Assembly: GCF_036321535.1 (NCBI RefSeq)
Contig: NC_087437.1
Location: forward strand, 61,320,001 to 61,384,000
Direction of reading: 5' to 3'
DNA length: 64,000 nucleotides
Source of the DNA: Camelus dromedarius
Taxonomy: Eukaryota
This document shows, in pieces, positions 44,491 to 58,673 of this stretch (the first letter of the stretch is position 1; each line of letters begins with the position of its first letter). Made by a program: the position numbers and the translations under genes. The notes under the pieces were generated by a model. The model saw nothing but the letters and a program-made list of their open reading frames with translations. It had not been told where the DNA came from and did not search any database.

Positions 44491-45914
44491 TAATTTATTT
44501 GCATTATTTTATGTAATGGTGAATGATGAATTGTATGCTTATATACATTTTGTCTCAACACAAAATCAAAGAGAAAAGAGTCGGCTCAGGATGCAATGAC
44601 TGCTTTGGCAGAGGTGAAATTGGAGTGTCTGAGACACCCCCGGGGCTGTGACACTGAACTCAGGAAAGAGGCCTCACTCAGGTGGAGTTCTCAACACAGA
44701 GAACCACAGAGAAGCTGCTTCAGCCTCAAGCAGCCCCCCTTCTCCTGGTCCATCCTGCTTTGGGAGCCCCTGCTCGCTGCCTAGTCTGTGCCCACAGAGA
44801 CAAAGGTCAGGTTGCCCTTTGCGGTAGTCTTCTTTGTGATGCAAATTTTTAATTTTCACGTGAGGCCAACCACACATACAGTCTGACAAAAAGAGCTACC
44901 GAGGCCGACCCAGCCCACCACAACTTGGACTTTCTGTTACAGAGTGTGACTTCAGAAGCAATGCTATGGGACCTCAGATCTCCCAGTGTCAACACCCAGA
45001 GTTACTCACTGTTTGGTTTCTCTGGGGTTGAACTAAACCCAAATCCCATCTGAACGCCTTCCCACATTCACTGTAATCATCGAGTGCTTTTAGTCTCACT
45101 TTGATATTTATGCACAGAGATTCTTTTCTCTATTTCACATCTTACAATTCTCTCCCCTCGCCAAATGGAGCAAGAGGTTTCCAGTCATTCGGTTACTTAC
45201 CACGTAATGCAATTATTTGATCTTTTCATGTGACTTTTTTTTTTTTTTTTGAGTGGGAAAAAATCCTACTACTCATTTCTTTTCCTGAGTCTGACGTTTT
45301 TATCATTTTGAAAGCATTAATGGTTTCAGGTTTTCTCTTTCTAATGTATCAGGTTGCATATGTATTGATAAATACCCTGCAGGGGTGTGAACTTCTTGAA
45401 GGATAGTGTCCTTTTGTGTCCCGTATCCTAGATAGTCAGTAGGGGCCTGGCATATGGGAGGGTCCCCATCTCGGGCTATGGAATCCCCCCAAAATACAAT
45501 GGGCTTCACCTAGAGCCCAGGGCCATGTACATAGTTTACTTCTTCCTTCTTCCTTCAACTTTTTGAGTCCGCAAAAGGCCTTTTTGGGGGAACCATGGCT
45601 TGTCCACTTTTGTTTTCCTCCATAATCTTGTCCAGCTGGCTCCTGAATCATCTCCTAGTAGCTATTCAGAGCTCAGAATGAGGACTCCCTCTTAATGCTT
45701 GAAAAGGGGAGAAGCAAGAGACTGACATGGAAACCAGCTCAGGACTCAGAACCAAACAGATGTGACTTCAAAATCTCACTCTCCCTTGGGGTAGTGGGTG
45801 ACATTGGGTTGGTTGTTGAGACCACTGCTTCTTAAAATATCTGTGCTGAAGAATTAGGTTAGTTTTAAAAAATTCATGATAGGTCAATATTTTTATATAA
45901 TACAATACTTTCTG

Positions 45915-47945
45915 CAAAAGGTAAAAAGATCAGTGGTTGTTAAGGGGAAGGGAGGGGGGAGGCATTGAGTGGGTGAAGCACTGGGGTTTTTAGGGCAATA
46001 AAACTCTTGTGTATGATGTTGTAATGGTGAATACATGACAGTATGCATGTGTCAAACCCATAACACTTTTTTTTAAATTGAAATGTGGATGATTTACAGT
46101 GTTGTGTTAGTTTCAGGTGTACAGCAAAGTGATCCAGATATATAGGTATCTATATATATACATATATATGTATGTATATTCTTTTTCAGATTATTTTCCA
46201 TTATTACATTATTACAAGATATTGAATATAGTTCCTTGTGCTATATAGTAGGTCCTTCTCATTTATTTTATATATAGTAATGTGTATATGTTAATCTCAA
46301 AATCCTAATTTATCCCTCCCCTCTGCTTCAAAACCCATAACACTTTTTAGCACAAAGAGGAAACCTTAATGTGTGCAAATGAAAAAAAAGTCATTCAGGA
46401 GGTCAGGAATCCCACAACAGAATGCAGAATGGAACAAAATAGTCTAACTGTGCTATACATGTACGAAACCATCTCACTAAGGAGGTGGAGGAAATGGTGC
46501 TGACATACGTAATTTTGCAAATGAGTGGTGTGTAGAAGACTAAAGGCAAAATAAACGTATATCAAGTTGTTTTTCAAGGGGGTACATATTAACAATTCTG
46601 ATGTATACTGGAATTGAGACATTAAGTAATTGGTGATGGTGGCAACGAGGTACCTCCCTAGTGGAGTGGGAAGTTACAGGTAAGCAAGGGGAGAAGGCTA
46701 GATTTATCCGTGTGGAAACAGATTGGAGTTTCAGATATCAGCACAAACTCATGTTTAGCTTAACATAGATACAGATGGGTATATACAAAATATAAATATG
46801 TGTATGTATGTGGGTTAGTATATACATGTATTTCCTTGCTCTGTCAGCTGAGAGACACTGTGGTAGCAGTGGGCACAACTAGTGTCAAGATCTTAGTTTC
46901 TAATGCTATTCTCCAGTAAAAAGGAGACTGGGCTCCTTGGAGAAATGACTAATTCTAGGACTCAGGCAAGAAAGATAGAAGATGAACTGGAGCATCTTGT
47001 AGAAATGCAGAAAGTAAGGAAGTGCCCATCACTAGATGAATGGGTAAAGAAGATGTGATACACACACAGACACATACACAATGGAATATTACTTGTCCAT
47101 AAAAAAGGATAAAATCTTGTCATTTGCAACAACATGGACAAACCTAGAAGGTATCATACTAAGTGAAATAAATCAGACAAAGACATATACTATATGATTT
47201 CACTTATATGTGGAATCTAAAAAACAAAATGAACAAGCATAACTAAACAGAAACAGAGTCATTTATACAGAGAACAAACAGGTGGTTGCCAGAGGGAAGG
47301 GGTGTGGGGGCATGAGAGAAATAGGTGAGGGAGATTAAGAGGCACAAATTTCCGATCAGAAAAGAAATGTCACAGGTATGAAATGTATGATGTGGGGAAT
47401 ACAGTCAATAATTACATAACATCTTTGTATGGTGACAGATGACAGCTAGACTTACTATGGTGATCATTTCGAAGTGTACAGAAACATTGAATCATTATGT
47501 TTTATGCCAGGGACCAACACAGTGTTGTAGGTCAATTATACGTCAAGAGCAAAACAAACAAACTCATGGAAAAAGAGATCAGATTTGTTGCTACTGGAGG
47601 CAGGAGGCAGAGGGAGGGGAATTAGATGAAGGTAGTCAAAAGGGACAAACTTCCAGTTATAAAATAAGTAAGTACAAGGAATGTAATATACAACATGACA
47701 AAGATAACTGACACTGCTATATACCATAAACAAAAGTTGTTAAGAGAGAAAACCCTAGAGTTCTTATTACAAGGAAAAAATATTTTTTTTTCTTTTCCTT
47801 TTGTATCTATGTGAGATGGTGACTGTTCATTGAATTTATTGTGGCAATCATTTATGATGTAAGTCAAGTCATCATGCTGTCATTCTGTACACCTTAAACT
47901 TATACAGCACTGCATGTCAGTTACAACTCAATAAAGCTGGAAGAA
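45915..47945 (+). mobile_element. Cluster of L1 3' fragments (older L1M-type ~45915-47025; younger 3' end ~47030-47945)
   Basis: ORF2-end/3'UTR motifs (gatgaatgggtaaagaagatgtg, tttcacttatatgtggaatctaaa) ending in aataaagctggaa-A-rich. Confidence 0.8.
46066..46330 (-). mobile_element. Antisense L1 3' end nested in older L1
   Basis: TSD AAACCCATAACACTTTTT at 46054-46071 and 46331-46348. Confidence 0.85.
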
Positions 47946-48198
47946 AAAAACAGAAAAAAAGAGAATTACTAGAAAAAGGAAAACAAAAACCCAAAGACAT
48001 ATAAAGCATTAATCCCAACATTTTATATGATAATATGTTTATTTCATATTTATTAAATTGTAGGGTATAATTTGCAACATTTTTATGATTATAAATACAC
48101 AATGATTGCCCAGAGTATTTTTCTGATTAAAAATAAATTATAGCATAATTATAACACTCCATCTAACTTTTAATGTATTCTAGTTTAATTACATAAAG

Positions 48199-48390
48199 CA
48201 GAGGTTGGCAAACTTTTTCTTTAAAGGGCCATGCAGTCTCTGTCACAACTACTCAACTCTGCCATCAGGGCATGAAAGCAGCCATAGACAGTATAAAAAT
48301 GAGTGGGTGTGGCTGTGTTCCAATAAAACTTTATTTAAAAAACTAGGCTGCTGCTGGATTTGGTCTGTGGGCCGTAGTCTGCAAACCCTT
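48199..48390. mobile_element. MER58A-like hAT MITE
   Basis: Terminal cagaggttggcaaac ... gtctgcaaaccct and internal ggctgtgttccaataaaactttattt. Confidence 0.85.
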
Positions 48391-50557
48391 CCCATTTCAG
48401 CCAAACATTTGTGGGATTTATCAAACTCCGTAAGAGTATTTTGGTTTTCAAATCACACTCTTGCAAAGCAAACAACTCTTTTTTTCTTCCTTGTGGAATT
48501 TTTCTTCAAAATTTTGTTTTCGATGAGTGTTTCTTGATGGGTCCCCTGAATATAGACTTCCCCAGCGCAGTATGAAGTGGAATTAACATCCCTAGAGACG
48601 CGTGTATTAACTACAGAGGGATATTATTTCATTTAGTACCAGAGTTTCAACATTGTCAAAAATCTTCATTTAATTTCCGTAATTTTTCTCTAATATTATT
48701 CCCTTACATTGATCTGTTTACCAATTCTTGGACCAAGACTATACTTTTTTTTAAGTTGCTATAGTTTTACATTTTGATGTCTGGCAATTTACTCAAAATT
48801 TATTTTTCCATATGAGCTCCAGAATCACATTTTCAAGTTCCAAATAATAACAGTAGCATTTTTATCCTAACTGCAGAGATGAATGTGGGAAGAATGAATA
48901 TGTTTATACTATCAGTGCTTTCCATCTGGGAACACACCATGTCTGCCTGTTTATTCAGGACTTTTAAAACTCTTTCATTAACAGTTTAAATTTTTCTTCA
49001 TAAGACTTTTTCACAATTCTTTTCAAGCTGTTTTATTATACAAGAGAAGACAACTTCTCTGTCAAAGTGCTGTAAAGGTTTCCAGTTACCTGCTCTCAAT
49101 TCCTGTACTAACCTCACAGTGACCAGAACAGGTCTGCGGACCACACCGTGGGAAGCAGCGATTTAGACTTCCCTGAGCCTCAGTCTCCTCTTGGCTGGGA
49201 CAGGAAGCAGTCCCCTTCCAGAGGATTATTGTGAGGGAGGGCTCAGCAGGGCTCAGCGGATCTCCGAGGGCACAGGGCACGGAGCACAGCGCGGGTACAG
49301 AGCAGGCCCCCCCAACTGAGGGAGGCCCCACCCCACGCGCCTCCCTGGGGCCCCTGTGGGAGGCACCTCTGCTCTGCCCCACAACCCCCAGGCCCCTAGA
49401 AGGTCCTCCTCACCTCCAATCTCCCCTTCCCAGCAATGGCCTGACTCTCCCCTTTTCCAGTGTAAACCCTCAGCTTCCCTTTAGTGGGGGCGGCCCCTTC
49501 TCCTTTCCAGCCATTCACTGTGGGCGGATGGGAGCTGAAGGCCCCCGGCTGAGGCGAGCATCTTCCTTAGTCCTCCTGCCGCAGCAAAGCAGAGGAGTGA
49601 CTCCTCAGTGACTCTGTTAGGGATAGAGACCCCCAAACTGGAAAGCACCCCAAATGTGTGGGTCCTTGTCCATCAATGGAGAAAGAATTCTCAGTAGAGG
49701 CAGAGGGACAAAGTGAAAAAAAAAAGAACTGCTTTTATTTCTCAGAGAGGAAAACACTGGAGCAGGGAGCGTCAGCCTGGTAGCTGGTGGAGACAGCCCC
49801 CTGCCCACATCAGGCTGCAGGAGAATGATCAGAAGACTCTGCCATCGTGATCTTCCCTCCGGGCCAGTGGGGCCAGTCGTCTTCCCCTATTGGCTCTTTC
49901 CTCCCATGGAGCTCAGCCCTAAACCTGAAACTTCAGGGGGAGAAAGAGAACAAGGAAAGAGATACTGGGGTATGTCCTTGGGACTAATGCAGCAATTGTA
50001 AATCATAAATCGTCCTACAGTACTATGTCATTGGAATTAAGGAGCCACCTGTGGGATAAGAGAAGTGTCCTGCCTTTCATCAGCCTGGCACTTTCTTTCC
50101 CTCGTTAATCGGCCAGGGTCAGTAAGCCTGCCGAGTCATCTCTCTCACCTCCACCTGAGGACCCACGACCACCTGCAAGTCGATGGAGATTGGGGTGAGA
50201 GATGTAGCTCCTTCCTGGATGTGATGTGACTCCAAGGTATGAGAACTTCGGCACAGAAGCTCCTTGACCACCAGCCTGTTTCTGATGCCTACCCCAATCC
50301 TTCTCTTGTTCGGTGTCTTTCGCTGTGGCATTTCTGCCTCTTCTGCTCCATTATACAGGCTGTACCATCTCCGTGGCCTTCTTCCTCTGGTACATCCTCA
50401 GAGCCATCTTTCCCCCTTCCCTCCCTCATCCTGTCAAACCTTCTTTAATTATTAGTTGTCACTCTGGGCACCCAGGAAGAATCAACTCAATTTTTTTTAC
50501 ATGCAATGCCCCCCATGTTTGATCCCTCCCAGTGAGACGCTGTTGTGAGTGCTGCTG

Positions 50558-50670
50558 CCAGCCTCAGTCCCACCCCAGCCTCAGTCCCTATCCAGCCTCA
50601 GTCCCACCCCAGCCTCAGTCCCACCCCGGCCTCAGTCCCATCCCAGCCTCAGTCCCTACCCCAGCCTCAG
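50558..50670. repeat. Minisatellite, 17-bp unit CCAGCCTCAGTCCCACC x ~6.6
   Basis: Direct reading of six full units (one 18 bp) and one partial. Confidence 0.95.
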
Positions 50671-50926
50671 CTGCAACCCAACCGCCTCTCATGTCCCCTC
50701 CTCTTCTCTTGCTTGGAGGCTGCCTGGCCCCACCTGCATGCCTCTATAGGCTGGTGCTTAGGTGTGGCTGCAGCTATGTTAAAATGTGTATGTAGATGAG
50801 AAAATTGGGAGTGAAAAAAAGTATTAAGGTGAAGAAGATGGGTTGTATGTGATTTCCCACCCTTTAAGTAAGACTTCCTGTAACATTTGTGTATTGCATT
50901 TGTCTGAAAAAATAAAAAGGAAGGGA

Positions 50927-51052
50927 GGGGAGGGTACAGCTTAAGTGGTAGAGCACATGCTTAGCATACATGAGTTCCTGGGTTCAATCCCTGGTAACTC
51001 CTCTAAAAATAAATAAGTAAAAAGACCTAATTACCTCCCCCAACAAAAAATA
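50927..51052 (+). mobile_element. tRNA-Ala-derived SINE (vic-1 type)
   Basis: ggggagggtacagcttaagtggtagagcacatgcttagc...gggttcaatccc; tail with cctaattacctcccc. Confidence 0.85.
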
Positions 51053-51269
51053 AAAATAAAAAGGGAGAAAGGAAGGAAGAAGGGCGAGGAGGGGAGGAGA
51101 GGGAAGGAGAGAGAGAGGAGGAGGAGGGAGGAGAGGCAGAGAAAGTGCACCTCCCACCTGCAGGCATTTTGGACACTGGCTTGGTGGTGAGCACAGTTGT
51201 GCCTCCTCCCGGCCCCTCCCTCCACCCCGGTCCTCAGCCGTCCCCTCCCCCTCTGTACTATGTCAGTCT

Positions 51270-51660
51270 GAGTGCCCAGTAGAATAGAGCACGAGTGATA
51301 ACATGTCACTTCTGAGATTAGGTTATAAAAGCCACTACAGCTTCTGCCTGGTTGCTCTCTCTCTCAGATCACTCACTCTGGGGGAAGCCATCAGCCTTGT
51401 TGTTGAGCAGCTGTAGCCCACACGGCAAGGAGCCTCCAGCCAGCAGTCCCCTGAGTGAGCTTGGAAGCCTTTAACTGACTGTCACCCACGCTGACAACTC
51501 AGCTGCAACCTCCCAAGAGGCCCTGAGCCACAAAAACCTAGCTCAGTCTCTCCAGATTTCTGACCTGCAGAAACTGTGAAATAATGAATGTCTGTTGTTT
51601 TAACTTCCACTTCCACGAAGTTTTGGAGTAATTCGTTATGCAGTAGTGGGTAACTAATAT
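51270..51660 (+). mobile_element. MLT1-type (ERVL-MaLR) solo LTR
   Basis: cacttctgagattaggttataaaa...gaaactgtgaaataatgaatgtctgttgtttt...gtaattcgttatgcagtag...taactaata. Confidence 0.75.
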
Positions 51661-51799
51661 ACTCCTCTTTTTCTTTCTAAGGCATTTCCTCCAGTTAATC
51701 TTTTGCATGTCTAATTCTGTCGTGGCATCAGCTTTTCAAAGACTGAAACAACACAGGCATAAACAGATGACAATTAAAAACAGCCAGCCCTTATTGAAC

Positions 51800-52110
51800 A
51801 GGTAGCCGTGATAGACACTTCTAATCACATAGCATTTTAGTTAATCCTTGCAACAATCCTGTGAGATACTATCATTGTCCCCATTTTATAGATGAGGAAA
51901 CTGAGACACAGCAATGTTAACTCTTAAATGTGGAGAGAAAACCTAGAATAACAGACGGAGCTGTGGTTACCGCAGGGGATTCTAGTTCTGGCTCAGCTGT
52001 GAGACTCTGGACAAGCTGTTTCACCTCTCTGGGCCTCAATTTCTTCATGTCTACCATGAGGGTACTGAAATAACTGGTCTTGGAGGTCCCTTTTAAGGAT
52101 AACAATAAGG
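51800..52110. mobile_element. Two MIR SINE fragments in opposite orientation
   Basis: cccattttatagatgaggaaactgagaca and cacctctctgggcctcaatttcttcatgt MIR cores. Confidence 0.7.
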
Positions 52111-52684
52111 TATCCCTAGGATTCTGAGAGTTAGACTGATAAAACTAACATGTAACAGGTAAGATCATACACACACACATGTACACGTGTACGTATACAA
52201 GTATCTGTGACCCAAGGTCAACTGGAGTCATCCTTTCCTTGGAGTCTAGTAATGAGGTTGGATCAAGCCCCATCCCACCTCCCTCAAGTTCAATGCTCCT
52301 CCCAGACACTGAGAACGCTTTGGTGCTCAGGGGATGGAGGAGACGGTCTTGTGCCAGCCCCCCTACCCCTTGACACCCTGCTCCAATTTCCTGCCTGGCG
52401 GCTTCTTGGGCTCCACCCTGTACAAGGCAGTTCTGCTTTTCTGTCTGTCCCTGTGCCAAGCCAAATGTGAGACAGAGCCTTCCTCTCCTTGATCCTAGCC
52501 CCATGTCCACCCCCATGAGGCACCTCCCTCCGGTAGAACACTGACTGTGGTCTCCAGGTCGCTGGCCACACTGCACAGCAAGCAGCTGCCTGTCACAAAG
52601 GGGCAGGCAGTCTTCTTGTCACTCGCCCCAGGCCTGCCCCCAGCCTCACTGCCCCTGCCACCCAGGCCTCCCCTTCTTGCTGCA

Positions 52685-52868
52685 CAGAGTTGCCAGATAA
52701 AACACAGGATGTTCCATTAAATTTGAATTTCACATGCACAACAAATAATCTTTAGTATAAGTATGTCCCAAATACCATATGAGATATATTTGAAAATTAT
52801 CTGTTATTCATGTGAAATTCAAATTTTACTGAATGCTCTATATTTTTATTTGTGAAATCTGGCTTCCT
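52685..52868. mobile_element. MER53-like palindromic MITE
   Basis: gttgccagat...aaatttgaatttcaca ... tgtgaaattcaaattt...atctggc internal inverted symmetry. Confidence 0.8.
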
Positions 52869-55800
52869 CTCCTTTTCCAAGGCTTCTCCTCACCCCTTCT
52901 TCTAAGATTACCCCTACAATCCAGATTCTGTTCACTGTGTAAGTCAGAGCAATTCTTGTCTCCCCAGGTGTCATCCCCAAACTCAGCCCAGGTTCATGCC
53001 TGCATTTCTGAATTCCTCATGGACATCTGCTTTTTTATTAGCTCAGTGCACCTGCAGTTTATGTTTTTTTTCTTGCATTCCTTCAACCTGGTTCTTCTAA
53101 ACAGGACTTTCATCCTCTGTTGCTGGTATAGAAGTCATCTTAAACACAAAAAGGCCTCCCAAGCTATCATCAGGGTATAGAAGGGCTGTCAGAGCCCTGA
53201 CAATGCAAATAACACAGATAAAGAAAGAATTTGACAGCAGAGGCTGATCAACAAGGAGAACAAGAAAGTGCGCCCCGGAGCTGAGCCAGGTGGGGCAGCC
53301 TGATGGAAAGGGAGAGGCCCTGGGGACAGGAGCCCAGCTCGGCACTTCCCCGAAACCGTACCTGACAGTAGCCCAGCATTAGCCATCTAGCGTGTTAGGT
53401 AGTGTGGGGAAAACAGTTTCATGGTCAAATAAGTTTGGAAAATCTCTTGTAAAATTGTTCATTTCAGAGCTTTGACTAGGCCAAAATACATAGTGAATTT
53501 CCAGGGTAGGGGTGAAGTATGCAGCCTTTTTCAAACTTACTTGACTTTATGAGTCATTTGTTTGGGAAAATTGTTCATGCAAGAGTGTTCTGCTTTGGGA
53601 AATGCAGCCTTACACTTCCCTCCTGCTTAATTTTGATTCCAGGCATACCAAGCTACTTAATTTACGTTTCCAGAGACCCAGAAGTTGTGAAGGAAATACC
53701 CTGTTATCAGACACAAGTGTTCTAATCCTTGCAAAGGGAAAGCCCCTGCTGAAGACAAACAGACCAGAAGAGGGGAGAATAAATTAAAAGACCTCAAGCA
53801 TTCAGCCAGTTTGGGAGTTCTATCTTAAATTTTCAGTTAACTTACTGGCACTCTGGTTTATATGTCAAGTGTCCTCTAGTGGATGTGGTTGGCAGGAGTC
53901 ATTTCCCCAGAGGCTGAGGCTCGGACAAGACCTCACTCTTGGCTACTGGACCGAGAGGATGGGCTCCACCAAAGTGGCCGGTAGGCTCCTTGTCACCTCC
54001 CATGGAGCACCTCCCAACTCTAGAATGATGGGCTTTAGGAAATGTGGATATTTCATAAATGTTAAATTTGCTGAGGGCCAAAGGGATCATCACGGGTTGG
54101 CCACCTTAGCATGGGCAAAAGGCCAGCTAGTGGCCTGAGGTGCATGAAGGAGGAGAGAAGAGAGAAAAGGGAGAAGGATGACAAGAGGGGAGATTAGTCA
54201 GGGAGATGCCTGATTAGACACAGACTGGAGGTTTGGTAGGTGCCCAATCCTGCAGGGCGGTGGGGAGAGGAGAGTTGTGAGAAACAGGAGGGCAGAGGAA
54301 ACAGGCTGCTGCAGGCTGGGTTTCAGAGCAGTTTGAGGCTAAACCCAGGAGAACAAGCCAGACGGAGACGGAGACACCGTCTTAGCCTGGGAAGCCCGAG
54401 AGATGGCTGTGGGTCTGCACAGCCATGGTGAAGCTCTGCAGTGCTGGACAGAGCATGAAGGTCATCCCTAGGGGAGGCACATGGTCTGAGCTCTCACCTG
54501 GGGAGACGGGGCAGGCAGGTGGTGAGGGGCTGCCTGGGGTGCTGGGTGATGGCAAGAAAGCTCTGGGAGCTGAGAACTCAGAGCCTCCCATCCCCTATCT
54601 TCCCTTTCATCAGTGACTGCCCTGGTCCTGCTCCTCTGACCCAACCTGGTTGTAAGAAAAGAGGGAGCTTCTTGTGGGCCTGTGGAGACCAGCAAGAGTC
54701 CTCCCTTGGGGACTCCCCTACTTCGTCCTCACCTCTGCCAGGATACCATGCAGCGGAATCCATTTCCTCTGCCTGGCCCAGGGACCTGAGTTCACAGCCG
54801 CTTCCTCCCTGCCTGTGACATTCCTACCTTGCACCCCATTCTCCACCCAGTTCTCATAACAGCCCAGATTGAAACTGAATTTGAAACATTCTTTTACTTC
54901 CTTGTTCCTCTTGGCACTGGGGTCACTGCTGCCCAGGCCAAGCACCCTCCAGGATCAAGGATCCACCCAAGCAGACTCAGAGTCCGACAGTGTCAGAGCT
55001 GGAAGAAACTGTAGCCATGGACTAGTCCAACCTCATTTCACAGATAGGAAACCAAGGTGCAGAGTGGGAGAAGCTGCCCAAGGTCACACAGTGGTGAGGC
55101 TGCCCAGGTTTTGGTATCTTCATGACCTCCTTGAACCAAAGCAGTACCCACACAGAAGACCCCTGTGGTCAAAATCTAGAGCTCATTTCACCCAGCCTCC
55201 TGCCTGTGAGGGATCAGTAACAACAGAGCTCGCTGCTATCTCATAACCTCTGGGACGGGCAAGGACCACCCTGGCTGCCCATTGACAAATCCAGTCCTGT
55301 TCCCTCACTAGGCCCTGGAGTCACATTTTTCTACTCACTGACTTAACATAGGCCATCAAGGAAATGACATAAATCTAAAGAAAAAGGTAAAATGAGGTAA
55401 GCTCAAAATTGTCAAAAAGATGAATTTATTCAGGAATAGCAGAGGAATTGTAATTCGGGACATGCATGGGCAGGAAGGTAAAGAGAGGAGAATTCAGTTA
55501 GAGTCTGCTAAAATGAAAAACAATAATAAATGGAGACCAGCTTTGAAAATTCCCTGAGCAGACAAAACCAGTACAGTCATATAAAAAAAAGCTCAATTCA
55601 GCTCATTTTGTGAGACCAACCTGACTTGGATCATTTCTTTATGCCTCTGGAAACCATAAGCAAAATTTCCCAAGATTGATATGAAGCAACTCTTCATCAT
55701 TTAAGAAAATTCCAATATTATCAGTTTTCTGTAAATGAGGTATTTACAAAAAAATCTGTCTCTCAATGCTTAAATTTCATTTTCCATTTTATATCCCCAG

Positions 55801-57369
55801 GTTCCATCTTAGATTAAAATTCTTTCACATTTTCCTCTTTTGACCAAGATCTTTCACAGAAAGCATTGCTGATCAATTATGTTATTCAGGTTTGTTTGTT
55901 AATTTTTGTCTAAGGTATAGTTCTCTAAAGGTAGATTGTATTGTATTTTCTGTGGAGCTGAAGAGGGTTACCCTCAGGTGTCTTTTCCCATGAAGCTGAG
56001 GAAGACCATCCTCGGGTGGTTTGTCCCACAAAAAAAGGGAAATGGTATGGAATTTCACTGACCTCATTTAAATAACAAAAGGATTGAAAAATGAAGAATC
56101 TCAGTTGTGTCCCTCTAAGTTATATAGTTTAGTTTCCATGGTCAGTTGAATTCCAGAAAGCCTTCAAAGAGAAAAGAATTTTATTTTGTATGTGCATTTG
56201 AGAAGGAGACATTTGTTTACTAACAGACAGCAGAAATTTAAATTAAAAGATTAAACTAAGGACCAAATCTCAATGACAGCTGTTGATTGAAAAATACTTC
56301 TCAACCAGTTTTTCCTACTGCCTTCTGGCAGCCTGATATTGTCTTTCATTATTTTTAGTTATTGTGTTGTTTTCTCAACATAAAAATAGCATTCTTCTCC
56401 AAGGAGGGCACAGGTTCTCCTTTCTAAGTAGTGAGGAGATTTAGGGTCTGCAGTTTTGTAGGACTGCTTCTGCAAGGTTTGTCCATATTCAGAAGCTCAG
56501 ACAGAAGCACTGAAAGTGGCAGATGTAATTATGGAAAGATTATGAATTGCTTTTTCAAGGTCTGCTACTCCAATCCAAACTAAAAAGGCTCTGGGGAAAG
56601 TAAGCACCAAACCTTTTCTATCTACTATAGGGTCACACGTAGGCATCCACCCAAAAGGATAACCTTCCTAGTTCCAACATGTCCTTTTAAGATGATAGGA
56701 GGAAGTCCCCCGATCAAGTAGAAGGAAGAGTTTTTCTAATTTTAACAATAGGGGTGAGGGCAATGATCCCATAATGTCTTTTCCAATTAAGGGGAAGTGT
56801 AGAACATACGTTTCTTCCACATAAAAATAAATACCTAGTGTCTTCTAAGAATAAGGCATAGTTGGGTCCCTTTACTCAGATTCTTTTCCCTGGAATGAAA
56901 GAGGGGGTTTTATAATCAGAAATATAGTCATCTTTATCAGTTTATTCATTCTTATGTAATTAATTCTTGTTTTGCTTGATCTTGGGTTAGCAGCTTTATG
57001 AATCAGTGTTTCATAAAAGTTTTAGAAATTCTTACCCAGCTCAGTGTTATGATTGTAAAGTCATCAGAAACCTGCATTTTAGAGTACTTGTCAGAGTCTT
57101 TCCCATGGATCTCTTTGAAGATGGTGAGTGACAAAAGACTTAAAAACAGCCATTGTTAAATATCTGGTGAGAGCTCACATACACACAAGATGATGCAATT
57201 AACAAGTAAATTTGGTTATTTTTATGATATGTAATATTTTAAGGTAATAGCTGGAATTATGACTGATAACACTATACCAGGACATATTGTAGAATGGGAA
57301 ACGGTCTCTGTGTTTCCTTGGATCCCCATCATTGAGATGAGTTTGAGCCTTGACCCTTGGGAAGCTGTA

Positions 57370-58673
57370 ATCATCTAAACCTTTTAAGTTTGTAGCAGTC
57401 CCTTTTCCATGGCCAGGTTGTTTACCATCATGACAGAGTATGGTAGGAAGAGTTTGCTTGGGAGATTTCACTAGTTGGCCTTAGTGATTTAGATTTTATT
57501 TGCCCTTCTTTTAGAATCATTTTCTAGGGCATAGGCTAATTGGTTAGCTAGATTGACAAGATCAGGGGTAGATATTGTTTCCCATTCTATGTGGGTTCTC
57601 TTGACTAACAGAAGTAGGTCTCTGTTTAAATAATTTATAAACATTAAATTAAAGGTCACCCTAGTGGATTCAATGTCTACAGGGAGTCCAGAATTTTCTT
57701 TAAAAATAGTTTGAAGCCTGCTGTAGTAATTATGAATAGATTTGGCAGGCTTTGGGGTGCATGCATGAATTTTGTTCTAGTCTACCACTTTAGGGAAAGT
57801 CCTTGGAATGGCAAGATGCAACCTTTTGGCTATGGTACCAGCTTGGTCATATAAAAGAGCTGGTGGTTGACTTACTTGGAATTCTAAAGATGGTTCAGGG
57901 CTTTCTCAACTAGCAGTTTTCATCCAAGGCTGGGCTTAACTTTCTCCAGTAAGCATGTGGACTAATGGATAAAGATCAGAGAAGTCAGGCTGATAAAGTT
58001 GAATTGCAATACTGAATTCTTCAGCAAATCTATGAGGATCCACAGTGACTTTGGGAAAATCTTTTACTGTAGCTCTAAATTCAGCTTTGGTCCATGGGAC
58101 TTAAGAAATTAAGATTTAGCAGGATCCTCAGAAGGCCTAACTTTACAAAAGAGAATTTTAGCAGGTACAGTTGGTTAGGTTACAGCACTAGAGAAGAAAG
58201 GAGCTCAGATAAAGGAAGGGGTTGGAAGAAGGCAAAGGTGGTAGAGAAGGTGGAGCAGTGAGATTATGGGAAACCTTGGCTGGTGCTGCCGAGGAAGAGG
58301 CCTCAAATGCTTTTTAAAAATCTCCTTTCAGTTGTTTATTTGCTTTTGTTAACTTAGAAATAGTATTTTGTAAAGAGGCAGTTTTAGAATTCTGAATCCT
58401 TTAGAAGCCTCTCATTACCAATTAAAATAGCTATTCCATTCAGATTATTTAGTTCTCTTGCCTCAGCCTTCTAATTTAGTCCATAGAAAAACAAGTTTGG
58501 GGAGATCTAAAGTTCCTCAAATGGCCCTTGAAGTTCTAAGTCATCTTTAGTAAGGTTGGTCCATTTAGTCAAAAATGCACATAAGGAAAAACCATAATTT
58601 TTTTTAATGTAAACCCAGCCGGGGTGTTTCAAGGAAGGCCACCCTTAGACCATTCAGATGACTGGGATCACAT
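57370..58673 (-). pseudogene. gag: ERV gag remnant (MA, CA, degenerate CCHC knuckle)
   Basis: Minus-strand PWTKAEFRATVKDFPKVTVDPHRFAEEF...LYQPDFSDLYPLVHML (from 58097), MHR-like ...YYSRLQTIFKENSGL, and CHDGKQPGH/KRDC; multiple stops and frameshifts. Confidence 0.8.

Noticed and set aside
50558..50670. CRISPR-like array or mucin repeat
   Set aside because: No spacers, eukaryotic context, and a 17-bp unit does not preserve a reading frame.
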